NCBI GenBank assembly: GCA_963779615.1
Contig: CAVZZA010000003.1
Coordinates: 672,001 to 736,000 of the forward strand
Length of the DNA stretch: 64,000 nt
From: an uncultured Nitrososphaeraceae archaeon
Lineage (GTDB): Archaea; Thermoproteota; Nitrososphaeria; Nitrososphaerales; Nitrososphaeraceae
Direction of reading: 5' to 3'
The notes below the pieces were generated by a model that was given only the letters and a program-made list of their open reading frames with translations, ran no database searches and was not told the DNA's origin. Below, one piece after another: positions 21,763-32,281 of the stretch. The translations under genes and the position numbers were made by a program. Position 1 is the stretch's first letter. Each line of letters opens with the position of its first letter.

Positions 21763-23657
21763 TGATCTGTGCCATCTTGCTTGTTGGTTGAATAGACTAG
21801 TTGTTGTTGTTCTTGTTTGTTGATCGGTAGGCTAAATGAAAATGTTGCCCCTTTACCATCTCTATTGTTTTCTGCCCATATCCTTCCACCATGTGATTCA
21901 ATAATCCCTTTGCAAATATACAACCCCAATCCCGTGCCCGTTTCTGATTTGGTAAAGAATTTGGAAAATAATTTATCCTTTATAGCAGGGTCAATACCCG
22001 TCCCTCTATCCCTTATACTAATAATAACCTCACCAGTCTCAACGCTACCACTGCCTCTCTGATAGAGCGTATTGGAATTTAAGGTTGTAAAGACTGTTAT
22101 AGTATCCTCAATGAGATCATTATCACCACCCCTATTACTATTGCCGATGCTACTGCTATTATTCTGTATAATTTTAATTGCATTAGTCAACAGATTTGAA
22201 ATAACCTCGTAAATTCTAATTTTATCTGCTTCTACAACAATAGGATCCACTTTTGGATCAGCAAATGTTATCTCCGTGCCATGCCTTGTCTTTAAATCAT
22301 TTACAATATCCCTCATCTTTTCATTAATGTTAAACTTCTCCTTGTTTAGCTTTAAGGTTTGGCTGTCGATTCTTGAAACATCCAATATGTTGTTTGTAAG
22401 GCTTTGAAGTCTTACAGCATTTCTTTCTATAGCATCAATCATTTCGTCTCTCCTTTCAGGATGACGCCGTATTAGAGTGGAATATGCTAAAATTGATTGA
22501 GTAGGTGTCTTAAATTCATGGCTTGCAATATCAATAAACTCTTTTTGCATTTTTTCATGTTCTTTTAGTTTTTCGTATAATTCAATCTGGTTCCAAAAAT
22601 TCTCAAATATTGAAACATAAGACATTATCGTTGGTTCACTTGTAGAATAGGTTGACAATCCTATCGCTTCTGCAAAAGTTTCTTTGGAATCATCTACCTT
22701 TTCCAAAACTAATGACGCGTGTCTATCAACTACCAATATTGTTACTGTGGTTACATTATGCTCTGCTATTGATTCCAAAGGTCTTACTTGAAACAGAGAA
22801 CTATGGATTTTGCCAGAAGTAGAAGGAAAATCGATACTTTTTTCTGTTGATGGCTTTATATTTAATTCATCCATTATTTTATTGATTGTTTCATTCTGAG
22901 GAGTTAAAATTCTGATATGAACGCCTCCACGTCCACCTTCTTTTTGCAGATTATCTTTTGTTGATGATGTGGTTGATGATGCTTTTCTTCTCTGAGTGTC
23001 TGTAGATAATTCCCTTAGCAGGTGTATTGCACCAATTCTATATTTGCGCATAAAGGCATTGACCGTGGGAAGGATTAGCAATATCTCTGATTTGGCGGAT
23101 TTTATCAAATTGATAAATAACTCTTGGGAATACGATGTATGATCAATAATTTCTGTTATTCCAAAACTAACATCCCCTTCAATTTCTATTATTTTTCTTT
23201 CTGCAGAAGTAGAGGCATTCCAAAGGCTATCAAAGACATATTGCTGTTGCACTACAATTTCCTTAACAGTGCTATGAATAATCGTGTCTGCAGACCTTTC
23301 TTTTCTATGAAATGTGGCAGGGGCAGCATACTCTTGTTCGCTTAGGTAAAAATTTCCTTTGATACCGTTTAAGTGACGAAATTCATCAACTAACGGCATT
23401 ATTTGTTTGCAATAGCTAAGGTTACCTTTTGTTATTTCAGTAAGATACCTTATTTTAACACCTCTTGTTTTTGCATCAAGCAAAGCATCTTTTAGTTTTT
23501 TAATTTCTATAGTTAAATATGGTCGTGTGTAATCCACACACGAATCAATTTTATAAGTGGCATTGGATATGAACTGTAATAGGGTATTCGCTACATTATC
23601 AATTCCATGAATTATGTCTGTTTTTGCTGATTCTTTGAATTCTCCCGTGATATACAT
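21759..23657 (-). CDS. Soluble sensor histidine kinase (thaumarchaeal N-terminal domains + HisKA + HATPase)
   Basis: H-box ASHEFKTP, N-box NLLTNAIK, DRGTGI and GTGLGLYI. No TM segments. Confidence 0.93.
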   Translation of the reverse strand: MYITGEFKESAKTDIIHGIDNVANTLLQFISNATYKIDSCVDYTRPYLTIEIKKLKDALLDAKTRGVKIRYLTEITKGNLSYCKQIMPLVDEFRHLNGIKGNFYLSEQEYAAPATFHRKERSADTIIHSTVKEIVVQQQYVFDSLWNASTSAERKIIEIEGDVSFGITEIIDHTSYSQELFINLIKSAKSEILLILPTVNAFMRKYRIGAIHLLRELSTDTQRRKASSTTSSTKDNLQKEGGRGGVHIRILTPQNETINKIMDELNIKPSTEKSIDFPSTSGKIHSSLFQVRPLESIAEHNVTTVTILVVDRHASLVLEKVDDSKETFAEAIGLSTYSTSEPTIMSYVSIFENFWNQIELYEKLKEHEKMQKEFIDIASHEFKTPTQSILAYSTLIRRHPERRDEMIDAIERNAVRLQSLTNNILDVSRIDSQTLKLNKEKFNINEKMRDIVNDLKTRHGTEITFADPKVDPIVVEADKIRIYEVISNLLTNAIKIIQNNSSSIGNSNRGGDNDLIEDTITVFTTLNSNTLYQRGSGSVETGEVIISIRDRGTGIDPAIKDKLFSKFFTKSETGTGLGLYICKGIIESHGGRIWAENNRDGKGATFSFSLPINKQEQQQLVYSTNKQDGTDQ

Positions 23658-24304
23658 ATGTGATTAAAACATTTAATATTTTTGCTGTTTTATTTTTTTA
23701 TCAATGGTTTTTAATGAAAATATTTTGTGGAGTGCGGATATTCATTATGTTATCAGGTAAACTATCATATCCATTAACATATCAAATATTATAAAAACGT
23801 GATTGGCATTTGGGTCAATACTGGCAACAACACTATTGATTTATCCATTCATGTTTTTTTATGCAAGCAGGTCTTTACTATTTTTTTGCTTGTTATTTTA
23901 TTTTCGAAAATACCTTTTTCTTTTCAGGATAAATACTAAATTTTTTGCAATGAAAATTTTTCAATTCATCTCAAAATTTTTATCTTGAAAAAGAGAGTTA
24001 TAACAACAAAATACAATATTGATTTAAAGATATGCTAAATCGTTTAATACTAAAAAATTGTACAATACCTGCATTTGTGGCTGATTCGCATTAAGGGCTT
24101 GCTAAAAACAGTGGATCATTTTATAGAACAGCAAAAAAAGAACAAGTAATTTGCATTTCCAACAACTAGTTTTTCGCTAAAGGAATGACCAGCCTTATCC
24201 GATTATAAAACACCCTCATCCAGGCCTCAATTTATCCATTAAAATAATTATCAGTATTGTTTTAGGTGCATCAATATTGACTTTCATGATAAATCACAAT
24301 CCTT

Positions 24305-24451
24305 TTAATGAAATTTAGTTTTGGTGTGAAATTTGCAGTAGTCAGATTCAACCATGTCAAAGCTATTCGAATCAAACTCCATTTTACAGCCGCATGATAA
24401 AGTTAATAAATTACCATTCCATTTGTAGGTTCCTTCATCCATATTTTCCAT
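24305..24451 (-). CDS. Small putative Zn-binding protein (48 aa, CxC-x16-CxxH)
   Basis: Hand translation: MENMDEGTYKWNGNLLTLSCGCKMEFDSNSFDMVESDYCKFHTKTKFH*. SD-like GAGGT upstream. Confidence 0.55.
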   Translation of the reverse strand: MENMDEGTYKWNGNLLTLSCGCKMEFDSNSFDMVESDYCKFHTKTKFH

Positions 24452-24915
24452 TTTATGACACCGACCTCAATCAATTATTTAAGAAAACAATGCATTTTAA
24501 GCATTATTAAAAAATAGTTTATTCAGAGAATATAAACACATAAAATCTCATCCATGACAAATTTGCGTATAGTTGGCATATTCGGTAGTTATAAGAAAAT
24601 CTTTTGGTGTGTCTCTAAGTATAAACATCAGCCATCGCAAAAGCACCTTTATACTCTTAAATAACTGTTTTTATAGACAATGTATTTTTTCATAACTTTT
24701 GTATTGATCTATTCCATCTTAAGTTAAAGAACCAACTTTGTTTCATGCATACGAAGATAATAAAAAGAAAATGACAAGAAATATACAATACTGTAAATTA
24801 GCTTTAATTTAATATATAAATAAGTTTGAATAAAAAATGAGATAGCGTATAAAAGTATAATCTCAAAGATCTTTTTGATATCCCAAATTAAAAAGGATAA
24901 GCAGGCATTAAACAA

Positions 24916-25614
24916 TTATGGAGGAACAATAATATTGTAAACATTCTCTTGCCTAAAATCATTCAATGAAGTTGAAGTTGGCTCGGTGGAGCCCGAAAAT
25001 TTTAAAATGTGAGTGCCGGGTGACAATGAGGTCACATACGAAAAATGTCCATCGCTGGCCGAATGGCTCTTCATTGGTACACCGGTGCCGAAAATGTTAT
25101 TGCCGGGTAATGTAAAATTAAAGATATCTGTCGCTATTCTAATAACTGGCAAGGGATTACCATCTAATGAAGCTTTCAAGCCCTTTGCCATGTCCTGAAA
25201 AGTTTTTGCACATTTTTTTAACCCTTCATCAGATTTAATAGAAGGATATTCGATAGGCGAACATTCTGAATTTAAAATGGGGAAAAATAGTGGTTTATCT
25301 TTAGGTACTACGCATTCTCTATTCACCAAAGAACCATCAAATGAGCCAATAAGGAAAAAAACTGGACCATTTTGACCCTGTGAACAATTTACTCCTGTTT
25401 TATCTACACCGGGATTTTTATCCATGGGTAAATAGTATGCCCATTGCCACCACGACTTTGCCAATTCTTCAAGCGTATTTTGATCATTAAAGTCAATCCC
25501 AATATTCTTTGATGAAGTTTTTGTGGTAATGTTTTGGCCATAAACATAATCAAATTGAGAATACAACAAAGATAACCCAGAAAAGAGCATAAATACGACA
25601 ATGATGATTTTCAT
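24916..25614 (-). CDS. Secreted Cys-containing hypothetical protein
   Basis: Signal peptide, then the conserved-looking pattern WWQWA..P...NP..D.TG..C...QNGPVFFL...RECVVP..KPLFFPILNSECS. Divergent from membrane paralog 3. Confidence 0.85.
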   Translation of the reverse strand: MKIIIVVFMLFSGLSLLYSQFDYVYGQNITTKTSSKNIGIDFNDQNTLEELAKSWWQWAYYLPMDKNPGVDKTGVNCSQGQNGPVFFLIGSFDGSLVNRECVVPKDKPLFFPILNSECSPIEYPSIKSDEGLKKCAKTFQDMAKGLKASLDGNPLPVIRIATDIFNFTLPGNNIFGTGVPMKSHSASDGHFSYVTSLSPGTHILKFSGSTEPTSTSLNDFRQENVYNIIVPP

Positions 25615-25784
25615 GATATGTTTTATTTTATTTCATCTAATTAAGTTTAATCTATCTTTAATTACAAGAAAATACAATTACAAACAAATGTTAATTTACA
25701 GTACAAACAATAGAATTTTTTTTTAAAAACGCATGTAGGTTTTTTAATTTGGTAGAAATATTGATTGTATAGGACAAGAATAAC

Positions 25785-27140
25785 TTGAAAATAGGCAAAA
25801 TCTTTTGGTTCGGTCTTTTCTCCAATTTCAAGTTTTTTTTAACGTCCATGTTAATTTTATTGACAACATTGATCATAGACGTTACATTTATTAAAAACGC
25901 GGATTTTTTTTTGAGAGCAATTGATGATTCTGCTAAAAACATCTTTTTTATAATTCTAAACACTATTTACATTATTTCTCAATCATTAGTTATTTTATGT
26001 TTAATTTGTAAAGTTACGTATAAACCCCATGTTAAATTTTACAGACTATTAAAAAAAACAACTTTAGCAAATCAAGCAGTGCTGATCGGCATAATTGGCG
26101 TGACTTTATTTCAAGTTTATGTATTTTCCCATTATAATACAGCAATACTAACGACATCCATTGCTTCAAGCTACACTCTCTCAATCATTACGATGATAGT
26201 CATTACAGAAAAATTTTGGAGATGGTTTAGGTTCAATAAAAAAAACAGATCGTTATTAATGTACGCTATAGCAACTTTATCAATTTCAATAAACCTGATT
26301 ATAACACTTTGTTTTGTCTTAAGCGTAGTCAATAGCTGGAACCCAATATCACCTTCTTTTAGGGGAACTACATCGATTTATATCATTAGCGGGTCCTTAA
26401 GCGATAATTTACACTATTATCAGTCTTTAACTTTAATAATCTCATTTAGTTTGACATGGTATGCCACATTAACCGTCTTTTTTAAACAAATAGTGAAGAG
26501 AAATAAATTATTCCTAATTGTTTTGCTTATACCATTATTATATTTTTTAAGTCAATATATCTCGGCCTTTTATAATTTATTTGCACCACTGATATTAGAA
26601 AGCCCATATGAAAATGGAAGCTTGCTTACCATTATCTTTACACTCAGTAAGCCAGCTGGCGGGATATTGTTTGGACTCGTATTTTGGATTATGTCAAAAA
26701 AAATACCAAAAAAATACCCAGCAAAAGAATATCTTATGCTTACCACATTTGGATTGATTATTTTATTTATTTCAAATCAAGCTGTCTTGTTGACATCGAC
26801 CCCTTTTCCCCCATTTGGTTTAGCATCTGTTTCAGCAGTAGGATTCTCAACTTTCCTGATTTTTATAGGACTATATTTATCAGCAATTTCAATATCTAAA
26901 GATAAAAAATTAAGAAATACGATCAAAAGAATTGCATTACAATATGACGTCAATCTTCTTGAGAATATCGGATCTGCTCAGAGTCACAATGAAATCGAGG
27001 AAAAGGTTGTCAACATTTTGAATGATCAAAAAAACGACGAAAACAGAAATGAAGAAACAGCAACAATAGATTCAAAAGAAGTAAAACAATACATAAATGA
27101 AATTTTAGAGGAAGCAAAAGAAAAAAAATCGCAAAAATAA
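25785..27140 (+). CDS. Multi-pass membrane receptor-like protein, paralog 3 of 3
   Basis: 451 aa with GGILFG, PFPPFGL, IGLYLSAISISKDKKLR, LLENIGSAQ and EVKQYINEILEE, matching paralogs 1 and 2. Confidence 0.85.
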   Translation: MKIGKIFWFGLFSNFKFFLTSMLILLTTLIIDVTFIKNADFFLRAIDDSAKNIFFIILNTIYIISQSLVILCLICKVTYKPHVKFYRLLKKTTLANQAVLIGIIGVTLFQVYVFSHYNTAILTTSIASSYTLSIITMIVITEKFWRWFRFNKKNRSLLMYAIATLSISINLIITLCFVLSVVNSWNPISPSFRGTTSIYIISGSLSDNLHYYQSLTLIISFSLTWYATLTVFFKQIVKRNKLFLIVLLIPLLYFLSQYISAFYNLFAPLILESPYENGSLLTIIFTLSKPAGGILFGLVFWIMSKKIPKKYPAKEYLMLTTFGLIILFISNQAVLLTSTPFPPFGLASVSAVGFSTFLIFIGLYLSAISISKDKKLRNTIKRIALQYDVNLLENIGSAQSHNEIEEKVVNILNDQKNDENRNEETATIDSKEVKQYINEILEEAKEKKSQK

Positions 27141-27442
27141 CATACCCAAAATAATCGAATTTACAGAATCTGCAGGGATCATCCATGCGCCATGGCAAGG
27201 GCTTCGGGTTAGCCAATCAATATACCAAATCAGGAATACGGATATGTCAAATGTCCTGTATCCTGTTACAAATCCTTAACCGCTCTCAAATGCAACCATT
27301 ACCTCACAAAAAAGCAACAATATTTTAACAGTCTGGTACATCATCCGTCGCTGAATATTTCATTAAAAATTTTAATATTGCTGTGTTGAACAATGGATAT
27401 ACCAGGTATCCTCATAGACCAAAATATATTCAGTGCCGTTGG

Positions 27443-28339
27443 CTATTCTTGCAACCCTTCTTCAGGCTTATATTCGTTTACCACTTCTGACAACGGTATT
27501 CTTTTTCCACCCACTATCTTTAGGTCCACATCAATCCTGTTGTCTTCCCCAATGTCAATGATGTTGTAAGTGTCTTCAAATACCCCCCTATATCTCCATG
27601 AGCATGCTGTCCCAGCATATGCAATTTTCATTGTTCCTAAATTCCACAACCATGGTCTATGCTTGTGGCCACATATAACTAAATCTACATTGTTTTCAAG
27701 GCAGGTTCTTAGGACATCACCGGCATCGGATATGCCTACAACATTTGTGTATCCAGTATCGGGTATAGCTATTAAGTGGTGATGCATTGCCACAATTTTC
27801 CTAATTTGTCCGCGATCAATATTTTGTTGGTCAATGCTATCATATTTCTTTAGCACCTTATTCAACCACAAGTTCTGTCCATTTCCCACCTCACCCTCAT
27901 CCCTATCGGGTTGCGCAGTTCCAACAGTAGCTACCACCACAGTTTGACGTTTGCCATTGTTCTCATTAAACTCATAAACATTAGAACTGTCCCTATTGGC
28001 AATTGGAAAGAATTTTTTAAAGAGAAGGTAGCCAGTGTGGCGATAGTCATGATTGCCTGGAAATACAATAATATTGTTGCACTTGAGTTTCTGTATTTCA
28101 TTTTTTGCTTGTTCGAATTGAAAAATAAGGCCATCATCAGTCAGGTCTCCCGATATTATAATCACATCGGGTTTAAGATCATTATTTACCTCGTCAACCA
28201 GTTTGTCAAAAGCATCCTGCTTGAATAGGCCCCCTATATGCAAATCGGATATTTGAACAAGTCTCATATTGTTATTCTCTAATATAACAAGGAAAATATA
28301 CTTGTACGCATTGTTATAAGTCGATTCTACTTTACGCAA
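27443..28339 (-). CDS. Calcineurin-like metallophosphoesterase (Icc/CpdA-like)
   Basis: Motifs DLH, GD, GNHD, HH and GHKH. The real start is probably MRLVQISDLH near 28267. Confidence 0.92.
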   Translation of the reverse strand: MRKVESTYNNAYKYIFLVILENNNMRLVQISDLHIGGLFKQDAFDKLVDEVNNDLKPDVIIISGDLTDDGLIFQFEQAKNEIQKLKCNNIIVFPGNHDYRHTGYLLFKKFFPIANRDSSNVYEFNENNGKRQTVVVATVGTAQPDRDEGEVGNGQNLWLNKVLKKYDSIDQQNIDRGQIRKIVAMHHHLIAIPDTGYTNVVGISDAGDVLRTCLENNVDLVICGHKHRPWLWNLGTMKIAYAGTACSWRYRGVFEDTYNIIDIGEDNRIDVDLKIVGGKRIPLSEVVNEYKPEEGLQE

Positions 28340-28706
28340 TTTTCTATTTGTAGACTTTCAATTCACCATAACAAGATAGGAAGTTGTAGCCAGTTCTTAA
28401 AACCCCAGTTAGGCATTGCATAAATACCCCTATTGTAATTGAGTTGTTAATATGACCAACTTTTGAATTGTTTTTGGAATGCAAATCAGCAGAGGCGTGA
28501 AAATTGAACCTGTTTGCCAACAGAAGAGGCAATACAATTATCCAGATTGTTTGACGATTCCAGATATGAAAGAAATTGCCTAATCTTAAAAAATCATGAA
28601 TAATGGTTCATCCTTTCTAAAGCGGTCAATAATTGTGTTTCAATGTATGTTTTTCATTACAGCCCCTTCGGTCTCAAAAAACAGTCATAATATCCAATCA
28701 ATAACT

Positions 28707-29762
28707 CTACACCTCCGATCCAATTTTTACCAGCATCTTGCCAAAGTTCTCTCCTTTGAATAATCCAGTAAACGCTCGAGGCGCATTTTCCAATCCTTCA
28801 ACTATTGTTTCTTTCCATTTAATCCTCCCTTCTCCAATCCATCTAGCCATTGAGGAATGGAATTCATCTAGCACATTATAATGATCCCTTACAATAAACC
28901 CCTCCAGTCTAAGTCTATTTGTGACAGCAAAAAACATATTTGATGGGCCTATAGGTGGAGATGTAGCATTGTATTGCGATATCATGCCACAAAGAACAAT
29001 TCTCCCAAATGTCTTCATGTTTTCAATGGATGCCTCCAATTGTTTTCCACCAACATTATCAAAATAAAGATCAATTCCCTCCGGGCACCCCTTTTTTAGT
29101 TCTAGAGAAAGGTTGTTTTCGCCTGCATTTTTATAATTGAAGGCATAATCGGTCTTCACCTCATCAAGCAACCACTCCACTTTTTCCTCAGAACCAGCAC
29201 TCCCGACAACATGACATCCTTTTATCTTTGCTATTTGACACGCTACTGAACCTACTGCACCGGATGCAGCTGAGATAAACACCGTGTCCCTGCCTTCATT
29301 TAATCTACCTATCTTCACAAGCCCAACATACGCAGTGAGGCCTGGCATGCCGAGCACACCCAAGAAAGACTGTATTGGAGCAATTGTTGAATCAATTTTC
29401 ATAATGCCATTTCCTCCTAATCCTCCCCCTCCTTTAGAAATCCAATACTCTCGCCATCCAAAGTTCCCAAGAACATACTCCCCATTCTCAAATTGATCAC
29501 TTTTGGACTCTGTAATCTGGCCAACACAGGCACCATCAAGAGGCCCGTGTAATCGGAATGAATCTATATAACTTTTAGTTTCAGCCGGACTCCTCATTCG
29601 CCCCCGCATATACGGGTCTACAGACATCCAAATGTTTCGGACCAAGAATTCACCATCTTTAGGTTCCGGAATTTCCACTTTTACAATCTCAAATATGTCC
29701 TCAGTGGGCATGCCTGTAGGGTATTGCTTTAGGCGTATTTCCTGACCGGTTTTTTGCACCAT
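28707..29762 (-). CDS. NADP-dependent oxidoreductase (PTGR/CurA/YncB-like, MDR superfamily)
   Basis: SVDPYMRGRM, GMPGLTAY, SAASGAVGS, YFDNVGG and GENFGKMLV. Confidence 0.93.
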   Translation of the reverse strand: MVQKTGQEIRLKQYPTGMPTEDIFEIVKVEIPEPKDGEFLVRNIWMSVDPYMRGRMRSPAETKSYIDSFRLHGPLDGACVGQITESKSDQFENGEYVLGNFGWREYWISKGGGGLGGNGIMKIDSTIAPIQSFLGVLGMPGLTAYVGLVKIGRLNEGRDTVFISAASGAVGSVACQIAKIKGCHVVGSAGSEEKVEWLLDEVKTDYAFNYKNAGENNLSLELKKGCPEGIDLYFDNVGGKQLEASIENMKTFGRIVLCGMISQYNATSPPIGPSNMFFAVTNRLRLEGFIVRDHYNVLDEFHSSMARWIGEGRIKWKETIVEGLENAPRAFTGLFKGENFGKMLVKIGSEV

Positions 29763-30229
29763 CTACACTAAATGAGTGGCAAATATTTTATTTAACGATT
29801 TTACAGAGGATTAAAATTTAATGGAGAATATCCGAATAGTTTAATGCTCGCTATTTTATATGAGAAAAGATTCTGCTGTCAATTATGGCGGTGTGCATCA
29901 TGCCAAGATATGTTAGTACAATGACAAGATTTTGCCATTTTTTTATACGGCAACCAACCTACTGAAAAAACCCCAATTTGCGGTAAATTAAGACGGGGTT
30001 GTGATGCTGTGAACGCACTGTTGAAATCAAATTATCCTCTGATACTATCTTAACAACCAAATTTTATCACAGGCATGACAATGCTGACCTGCTGAAAAAA
30101 ATTGTTTCAAGCACATCATAAATCAAAACCGGTATGCCTGACAACAGATCGTGTTCTTGGCATACAGCGGCCCTCTTACATAATTATAAAAAACCTATAG
30201 GCCAATCATGCTATAGCATCACTCCGCCC

Positions 30230-30291
30230 TTGACAAAATTTGACGGTTTTTTTGACCGAGTTGACTGAAAAGTTGACGGTTTTGACGGTTT
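30230..30291 (+). repeat. Phased array of six TTGAC motifs (three as TTGACGGTTTT)
   Basis: TTGAC at 30230, 30240, 30252, 30261, 30273 and 30282, with spacings 10, 12, 9, 12, 9. Confidence 0.8.
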
Positions 30292-30337
30292 TACAATATG
30301 TTAATAAGCAGAGGTCGTTGTAAGATCAATGTAGGTA

Positions 30338-32135
30338 TTGGACACGTCAAACATTTCGAGCAAATCTCAGGTAATACAGTGTTATTTAAATGGCAAAACA
30401 AGGGAACAAAATGCTCATGAAAACAACGTATCAACAGGCACTGTATCAAACATAATAGAAAACTGGGCCAGAGAAATGGGAATACCAGATATAAATGGGA
30501 TGAGGCAGTTTGCGGTTTTGGTCAAAAAATCTGGTGTTTCCATCAAACAATGTGCGCAAGGCTTTAGAATGGTCAAACTGATGAGCAACTATGGAATTCA
30601 GGTTGAGGACGACACTCAGGATGAATTTGGGTCCTTTGTAAATGGAGTTTATCAAAATTGCAAGGATTTGTCTATCTCACCATCTATTGTACCCTCATGG
30701 ATTAAAGATCTGGTTAACTGCGATTCTTCTGACCCTAACTATTTTTCTTTAGGGAAAAGTGATGCAGAGGGATCACCAAACCATCTAACAATATCAGCAT
30801 CCCCTCAAAAACGGACAAAAATAGACCCGGATTTAGGTTCGGACGCAAATGATGGGTGGAAATCAGACCCTGATGTGAAAATGGATTTATCAAACCCTAA
30901 ACCAAAACAATCTGCCATTCAAATTGAAAAAAAAGCATTATTTGTTTCACAGGTTTCCGGCTTTATCGATCAAAAAGAAAAAAGAATGCAGCCAACTAAA
31001 AAACTACAGGGAAAAACTAACAAGTGATATAAAAGGTCTAGAGTTACAAAAAAATAAAGTAATTGATAGCATAAACAAAGCAAATGAGAAAGAAAAGTTT
31101 GCCATGTCATATCTTGGCTGGTTTAATAGACTGAAAAAAGAGCTATATGACAGGCATTCTATCAAAATGGAAGAAGATATTGAAAGCTTTGCTCAAGTGA
31201 TAAACGATTTTAGAAACCATAGCTATGATGCCATCGAGATAATAAAAGAGTATTCAAGATTACTGTCAGCTAGGCTTGAAATTAAAACAATCCAAGCCGA
31301 CCTTGAGTCACTTCAAAGGCAACATGCAGCATTAAATAACACTTTTTTACATTTGGACTCACAAGTAAAATCCCACCAACAAACAATGAGTAAATATTCT
31401 GAACTTGAGGCCATGAAATTTGGGCTCAAAGAACAAAAGCAATTGTGGCTCACAATTCGAGAGATAGCAGGCGAGAATAAAATTGCATTGGATGAAGCAG
31501 TATCTAAATTTCTAAAGGACATTGAAGAGCAATATGACGATAAACTCGGATTTGAAAATAAAATAAATGAGAAAAAGAATGAGCTTGCTTTATTGAACAA
31601 AGAGATAACAAATAATCGGCAAACATTGCAAATTAACCCATTTGTAGGTTCAAGCTTGTCTCGTCTTTTTCAAAAGGGAGTGAGTGAGCAGGACATTATA
31701 GGCATTAATATACTGGTTGAAGAATGCACAAACAATAGCACTGTTAACACCAATGGTAACCTGGATGCTGGGGGCAACAAAGAAAACTACAGGAATAGCG
31801 ATAATACAAGCAACAGGTTAGAGCAATTGAAGTCATTAGCAGGTGACCTGAAAAAATCTGGAGGGATAAAAGCGGCATTAAAAGAACAGGCAGAGAATCT
31901 AGAGAAACTAGACCACGAAATTCAGGGTCTCAACAAGCAAAAACAGGATCTCATTGCTTATTGTAATGAAGCAATTTCCATCATAAATGATACCAATAAC
32001 AAAATTTCTTATATCAATGGATTTGCAGATTATCTTAAAAATGATTTGGGCAATAAAACTAAGGCAATTTCTTGGGTTTCACCTTTGTTCATTATTTTAT
32101 TAAATAATGGTTCAAAAGGAGGGGAAGGAGATTGA
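30338..32135 (+). pseudogene. N-terminal HTH + long coiled-coil protein, split by a +1 frameshift in an A-run
   Basis: HTH-like TREQNAHENNVSTGTVSNIIENW. Removing one A near 30972-30983 joins ORFs 30338-31027 and 30924-32135 (GFIDQKKKECSQLK). The C-terminal half is rich in heptads. Confidence 0.75.
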
Positions 32136-32281
32136 GAATGGAAGAAGGAAATGTAAACGAGCAGATTTTAAAAAGGACTTTGTGTCAAAATTGAAAGTAT
32201 CAAGATCGTCAAAAATGACACGTTTTTGTTGCAACACCTTTTTGTTTTCCACATAATTCCTTTGGGCCATAAAAGAGTTAT

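Noticed and set aside
27141-27310. Slightly GC-richer stretch with coding-like fragments on the minus strand
   Set aside because: It is interrupted by stops and has no recognisable motif. At most it is an unidentifiable gene relic.
30230-30291. CRISPR-like repeat array
   Set aside because: The units are only about 10 bp with no unique spacers, and no cas genes are present in the window.
30965-30990. Programmed -1 ribosomal frameshift at an A-rich slippery site
   Set aside because: Joining the two ORFs needs a +1 shift. A homopolymer insertion is the simpler explanation.
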